From: Dehalococcoidia bacterium
GTDB lineage: Bacteria > Chloroflexota > Dehalococcoidia > Lucifugimonadales > VXLM01
Reading direction: 5' to 3'
Assembly (NCBI GenBank): GCA_963662435.1
Contig: OY759598.1
Span: 838,507 to 902,506 of the forward strand
Length of the DNA: 64,000 bases
Positions 59,727 to 64,000 of this stretch are shown here, one piece after another. The position numbers were made by a program, and so were the translations under genes. A model generated the notes under the pieces. That model worked only from the letters and a program-made list of their open reading frames with translations, did no database searches and had not been told where the DNA came from. Every line of letters begins with the position of its first letter. The first letter of the stretch is position 1.

Positions 59727-59945
59727 CTAAACCAGACGGCGTTCCCTATCGGCGGCGAATGCTAAGCAGGCCCTAATGTCCTCTCGTGTCAGGTCGGGAA
59801 AGTCGGCGAGGATGTCGTCCTCGGACATGCCGGAGGCGAGGTATTCGAGAACGTCGTATACGGTGATGCGGAGGCCACGAATGCAAGGCTTGCCTGAACG
59901 CTTGCCCGGCTCGATGGTGATGATCTCGGTGTAGTCTAGAGCCAT
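59727..59945 (-). CDS. DUF433 antitoxin-like protein (orphan)
   Basis: GKPCIRGLRITV...FPDLTREDIRACL. Confidence 0.88.
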   Translation of the reverse strand: MALDYTEIITIEPGKRSGKPCIRGLRITVYDVLEYLASGMSEDDILADFPDLTREDIRACLAFAADRERRLV

Positions 59946-60029
59946 TGCATGAGTCCTCGGAGGTGTCGATATCATATCACGCTCAGCGTGAAGCAAGCTC
60001 GCTTCACCCTCGCTGAGGGGCAAGGCTGG

Positions 60030-60779
60030 CTAGTGAAATACTCGCCCTGAATCAATCACGAGGGTCTGGCCTGTGGTCGTGTCGGAGCGACAGAACTCGA
60101 CGACCTGCCGGGCGATGTCGTCCTTGTCTGCCGCCTTCTGCAGTATAGCGCCGGCGACCGCTGTCTTGCGGTGCTCCGGGGTGAGGTTCGATGACATGAG
60201 GGTGCCTTCGAGGTAGCCGGGCGCGACGCAGTTGACGAGGATGTCAGGCGCCAGGCCTCGTGCCATACACTTGGTGAGGTGATTCAGGCCCGCCTTGGAG
60301 ACGGCGTATGCGATGGAGGAGCCGTTGGGGCCCAGACCGGCTACGGAGGAAATGTTGACGATTCTGCCTCCGCCGGACGCACGCATCGGCTCAACGACCT
60401 CTTTGATCGTGCGCATGGGGCCGGAGAGGTTGATATCGATGATCTTGTCCCACAGTTCGTAGGTGAGACCGTCGATGTCCGTGAAGTCGACGGCCTTGTT
60501 GAACGCGCCGTCGTTTACGAGGATGTGGACGCCTCCGAACTCGTTCACCATAGCGGCGATGGCAGACCTCACTTGCTCAAGGTCGGTTACGTCGCAGGCG
60601 ACAGGGATCGCGCGGACGCCCCTGGCACGCATCTTTCCGGCGACCTCGGCAGCCTTGTCCGGACTTTTGGCGTACCCGACTGCGAGGTTGACTCCTGCGT
60701 TGGCCAGGGCGATGCAAATGCGTCCTCCCAGAACGCCGCTACCGCCCGTTACCAGGGCTGTTTTACCTTGTAGATTCAT
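60030..60779 (-). CDS. SDR family oxidoreductase
   Basis: TGGSGVLG, YAVSK. Confidence 0.92.
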   Translation of the reverse strand: MNLQGKTALVTGGSGVLGGRICIALANAGVNLAVGYAKSPDKAAEVAGKMRARGVRAIPVACDVTDLEQVRSAIAAMVNEFGGVHILVNDGAFNKAVDFTDIDGLTYELWDKIIDINLSGPMRTIKEVVEPMRASGGGRIVNISSVAGLGPNGSSIAYAVSKAGLNHLTKCMARGLAPDILVNCVAPGYLEGTLMSSNLTPEHRKTAVAGAILQKAADKDDIARQVVEFCRSDTTTGQTLVIDSGRVFH

Positions 60780-60917
60780 GTGGGAGACCCTCTGAAATAC
60801 TATGTTGCCTGCGTATGGGCGAGATTATATCATGCAGTTACCGCTGCACTGGCTTGACGGTTGGGTGGTTGGTGACGACGCAGTGGGCTTATTACCAATG
60901 GCTTGGCGAACCCTCAC

Positions 60918-62699
60918 ATGAATGACCAGGTCGTATTTCTCGTAGTCCTTGCCCTGACTCTAGGTCTGTTCATCCATGGCCGTATTCACTATGACATCGT
61001 GGCGCTGCTCGCCCTGTTGACGCTGACGGTGGTCGGGATAATTCCCGGCACGGAGGCGTTTTCGGGCCTGGGCCACCCGGCGGTCGTTACGGTGGGGGCT
61101 GTACTGGTCGTAAGCCGGGGCATACAACGGTCGGGAGCGTTGTCTGTGCTTGTGCGGCTGCTGGCGAGAACCGGAAAGAACGCCGTGGCACAGGTAGGAT
61201 CCCTGACGGCGATTTCCGCAATGCTGTCGATGGTCATTAATAATGTTGCCGCGCTGTCACTTATGATGCCCGTTTCGATTCAGTTGGCCAGGTGGTCCCG
61301 GAAGTCGCCTTCGATCGTTCTGATGCCGCTGGCGTTCGCTTCCCTGCTGGGCGGAATGGTGACCCTGATAGGCACGCCGACGAACATCATTGTCGCAACG
61401 TTTCGCGCGGAGGCCAGTGGAGCATCGTTCCAAATGTTCGACTTCACTCCGGTGGGACTGGGCGTAGTGGTCAGCGGGGTAGCATTTCTTACATTGATAG
61501 GCTGGCGACTGGTCCCCCAGCGCCAGGGAGCAAGGGTCGGCGTTGGCGGATTCGAAGTGGAGCAGCATACGTATGAATTGGAAGTGCCTCAGGCGCTAGC
61601 GGGGCTCCGCATCGAAGATGTCCTTGGGGACATGGGCGAAGACGTCCACGTCATCGGCCTTGTGCGAAACGAGAAGCGGTATTCCGCACCTTCGCATACG
61701 GAGATATTGGACGCAAGGGACATACTGATAGTTGAGGCGGAACCTGTCGACCTGGACGAGTTGATGGGATCGACTGGACTGGAAGCCGTGGAGGGACGGG
61801 ACGTTCATGAAGACATGGTGAGTCTTCTCCGAGCCCGCGGCGTCAAGGTTGTGGAGGCCGTGGTGATGGCCGATTCCCTGGCTGAGCATCGAACGGCTCG
61901 GACGCTGGGACTGCATACAAGGTTCGATGTTAGCTTGCTGGGTGTGAACCGGCAGGGGGAGCGTGTGCCGGGATCGTCAGGGAATATTCGCCTTCTTGCT
62001 GGGGATATCCTGCTTCTTCATGGGAACCAGTCCTCAGTCGGCGAGGCCCTGGAGGCCCTTGGATGCATCGCGATTTCCGAGAGGGTGATGGGCGTTCGCC
62101 CATGGTGGCAGGCGCTGTCGGCATTTGCAATTCTCGCCGTGGCGATCGCACTTGCCACGACTGGACTGGTGACACTTCAGGTCGCCTTCGTCGGGGCGGC
62201 AATTGGAATGGTCATCTTTGGACTACTGAGCCTTCGGGAGGCCTACGAGAGCGTCGAGTGGCCGGTGCTCGTGCTGCTGGCCGCAATGATTCCCATTGGA
62301 AGGGCGTTCGAGACGACAGGCGGGGCCGAGCTCATTTCCCAGGGCCTAACGACCATGACTGAAGGCGGGTCACCTCTGCTGGTCCTGGCGACTCTGATAG
62401 TGGTTACGTCGTTGCTGTCGGACGTGATCAGCAACGCTGCTGCGGCGATCCTGACTGCACCTATCGCGATGACTGTAGCAGCGGAACTGGGCGCGTCGTC
62501 CGACCCGTTCCTGATGGGGGTTGCCGTTGGAGCATCTGCTGCGTTCCTCACGCCCATTGGACATCAGTCGAACACGATGGTCCTGGGACCTGGCGGGTAT
62601 CGCTTTGGTGACTACTGGCGACTGGGGCTTCCCTTGAAGATCGTGGTCATAGGAGTTGCGGTCCCATTGATCTCGCTAGTTTGGCCGCTAGGGGTGTGA
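60918..62699 (+). CDS. SLC13-family permease with TrkA-C domains
   Basis: INNVAA, TLIGTPTN, SNAAAA, TPIGHQSN, GGYRFGDY. Confidence 0.9.
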   Translation: MNDQVVFLVVLALTLGLFIHGRIHYDIVALLALLTLTVVGIIPGTEAFSGLGHPAVVTVGAVLVVSRGIQRSGALSVLVRLLARTGKNAVAQVGSLTAISAMLSMVINNVAALSLMMPVSIQLARWSRKSPSIVLMPLAFASLLGGMVTLIGTPTNIIVATFRAEASGASFQMFDFTPVGLGVVVSGVAFLTLIGWRLVPQRQGARVGVGGFEVEQHTYELEVPQALAGLRIEDVLGDMGEDVHVIGLVRNEKRYSAPSHTEILDARDILIVEAEPVDLDELMGSTGLEAVEGRDVHEDMVSLLRARGVKVVEAVVMADSLAEHRTARTLGLHTRFDVSLLGVNRQGERVPGSSGNIRLLAGDILLLHGNQSSVGEALEALGCIAISERVMGVRPWWQALSAFAILAVAIALATTGLVTLQVAFVGAAIGMVIFGLLSLREAYESVEWPVLVLLAAMIPIGRAFETTGGAELISQGLTTMTEGGSPLLVLATLIVVTSLLSDVISNAAAAILTAPIAMTVAAELGASSDPFLMGVAVGASAAFLTPIGHQSNTMVLGPGGYRFGDYWRLGLPLKIVVIGVAVPLISLVWPLGV

Positions 62700-62719
62700 A
62701 GGCCCCATTACAGACCCTA

Positions 62720-63082
62720 CTACAGAGCCTCTGCCAATGCCTGTTGAATCTTCGCGGAGCCGCTGATTGGGGGCTGGAGTTCGCCGTCTATCTCAATGAT
62801 GGGACGGCGGATGAGGCGCGGTTCCTGCAGCATGAGGGCCACAAGCTCGTCTTCTGAGGTCTCGTCGCGTTCTATGCCCAGCTTTCGGCGAGAAGGGCTG
62901 TTCCAAGAGAAGTAGTCGGACGGGGGGCTATCGCCGAGCAGTTCTCTCAGCTCGTGCTCGGAGAATGGGTCGGAAAAGAAATCGCGTGATTCTACCTTCG
63001 CGTCAGTTCGTGAAAGCCACGCTTTCACCTTGCTGCAGTCGCTTCACCGACGGTAGTGGAAGTAGCGGACGGACTTTGGCAT
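62720..63082 (-). CDS. ArsC/Spx-family selenoprotein (UxxC, Sec at codon 13)
   Basis: ATG 63082 gives MPKSVRYFHYRR-TGA(63046-63044)-SDCSKVKAWL...; PRLIRRPII is the ArsC signature; a hairpin follows the TGA. Confidence 0.85.
63010..63028 (-). promoter_or_regulatory. SECIS-like hairpin
   Basis: GUGAAAGC-GUG-GCUUUCAC, an 8-bp perfect stem starting 15 nt after the UGA. Confidence 0.65.
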
Positions 63083-63092
63083 AGTTGTGAAC

Positions 63093-63371
63093 TCAACAGC
63101 CGCCCGCGACCGCGGGGACCACGCTGACTTCGTCGCCGTCGGTTGTGGCAGTCTCAAGACCCTGCAGGAAGCGGACGTCCTCGCCGTTAATGTAGACGTT
63201 CACAAAGTTTCGCAGCTGCCCTTGGTCGTCGCAGATTCGTTCGCGGATACCAGGACATTGTTCGTTCATTGCGTCGATGACGCCGCCCAGGTTATCTCCG
63301 TCGACGTTGACCTTGTCCTGGCCATTAGTCAAGCGACGGAGGGGTGTTGGGATCCTCACCACGATGCTCAT
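63093..63371 (-). CDS. MoaD/ThiS/CysO ubiquitin-like sulfur carrier
   Basis: VRIPTPLR, FVNVYINGEDVRF, PAVAGGC. Confidence 0.9.
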   Translation of the reverse strand: MSIVVRIPTPLRRLTNGQDKVNVDGDNLGGVIDAMNEQCPGIRERICDDQGQLRNFVNVYINGEDVRFLQGLETATTDGDEVSVVPAVAGGC

Positions 63372-63465
63372 CGGTTGTCCTCCGATTTCGATGGATGTCT
63401 ACTTATAGCGCAAATCTCAGGATGTAAGTCTTAAAGGCCGGTAACCTCTGCTGCTATCCGGTCGG

Positions 63466-63999
63466 CTATGCAGCCGCTGTGGCAAGAGAGTCGACGATGG
63501 ACTCGTAGGTCGCTTCAGTGTAGATGGGCCGGACCACGTCCTCGACCACCTCCGGCGTTTTGAGGCCGTTTCCGGTAACGAAGGCTACGGTTACCTCGTC
63601 ACCCTTGATCTTGCCCTGTTTGACGAGTCGCTTCAGGGAAGAAATCACGACTCCGCCTGCAGTCTCTGTAAATAGGCCCTCGGTCTCGGCAAGGAGCTTT
63701 ATTCCCTCGGCGACCTCCTCTTCAAGGCATGCGACGGCGGTGCCGTTCGTCTCTTCCAGAACCTCTAGTGAGAAGATGCCGGCGGCGGGATTGCCTATGG
63801 CAAGCGATTTGGCGATGGTATCGGGGATGACAGGCTGAACGGCGGATGCGCCACTCTCAAAGGCTGTCACAATAGGGGAGCATCCCTCGGCCTGGGCCAG
63901 GTGCATCTGTGTTCGGACGTTATCAATCAGGCCAACGTCCTGCATTTCCTGGAGACCTTTCCATATCTTGGTATGAAGTTCGCCTGACGCTGCAGGGAC
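63466..63999 (-). CDS. thrC: Threonine synthase-like PLP enzyme (5' end outside the window)
   Basis: AQAEGCSPI, AKSLAIGNP, ETAGGV, TGNGLKT. Confidence 0.85.
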   Translation of the reverse strand, partial: VPAASGELHTKIWKGLQEMQDVGLIDNVRTQMHLAQAEGCSPIVTAFESGASAVQPVIPDTIAKSLAIGNPAAGIFSLEVLEETNGTAVACLEEEVAEGIKLLAETEGLFTETAGGVVISSLKRLVKQGKIKGDEVTVAFVTGNGLKTPEVVEDVVRPIYTEATYESIVDSLATAAA

Positions 64000-64000
64000 G

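Noticed and set aside
63090..63098. Sec read-through at the sulfur carrier stop (GGC-TGA, like the TrxR Cys-Sec tail)
   Set aside because: No convincing hairpin lies at the right distance, and read-through would run out of frame over the next gene. It is most simply a stop codon.

Overview
GC-rich bacterial chromosomal window with about 55 protein genes and no rRNA, tRNA or CRISPR array. The gene content resembles Chloroflexota (Dehalococcoidia/SAR202-like); this is an inference from the paralog-rich catabolic genes, the DUF1800/DUF1501, NHL and EVE genes, and the intergenic repeat style. Core loci: a suf Fe-S operon (sufB-sufC-sufD-sufU-Rrf2-sufS-sufU) interrupted by two passenger genes; ispD-ispF-cysS; a cobalt-type nitrile hydratase; larB; nfo; trxB; two threonine-synthase-like genes; and a catabolic block with an HpcH aldolase, a lactonase, a Gfo/Idh/MocA oxidoreductase, three tandem DHDPS-fold aldolases and RidA. 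Accessory elements: a complete ISAs1 with TIRs and a 10-bp TSD, RHH-PIN and HigBA toxin-antitoxin pairs, an orphan DUF433, two PD-(D/E)XK nucleases, an SF2 helicase, and at least four REP-like palindrome families. Best hidden signals: (1) an ArsC/Spx-like selenoprotein that the ORF track truncates (in-frame TGA in UxxC plus a SECIS-like hairpin), lying downstream of a ThrC-like enzyme and a GGC-ended sulfur carrier; (2) a roughly 300-nt rod-shaped non-coding RNA candidate (6S/Ms1-like architecture) divergent from an EVE-domain gene; (3) a MITE-like composite of REPs targeted by ISAs1, plus a REP-derived 33-bp hairpin minisatellite.
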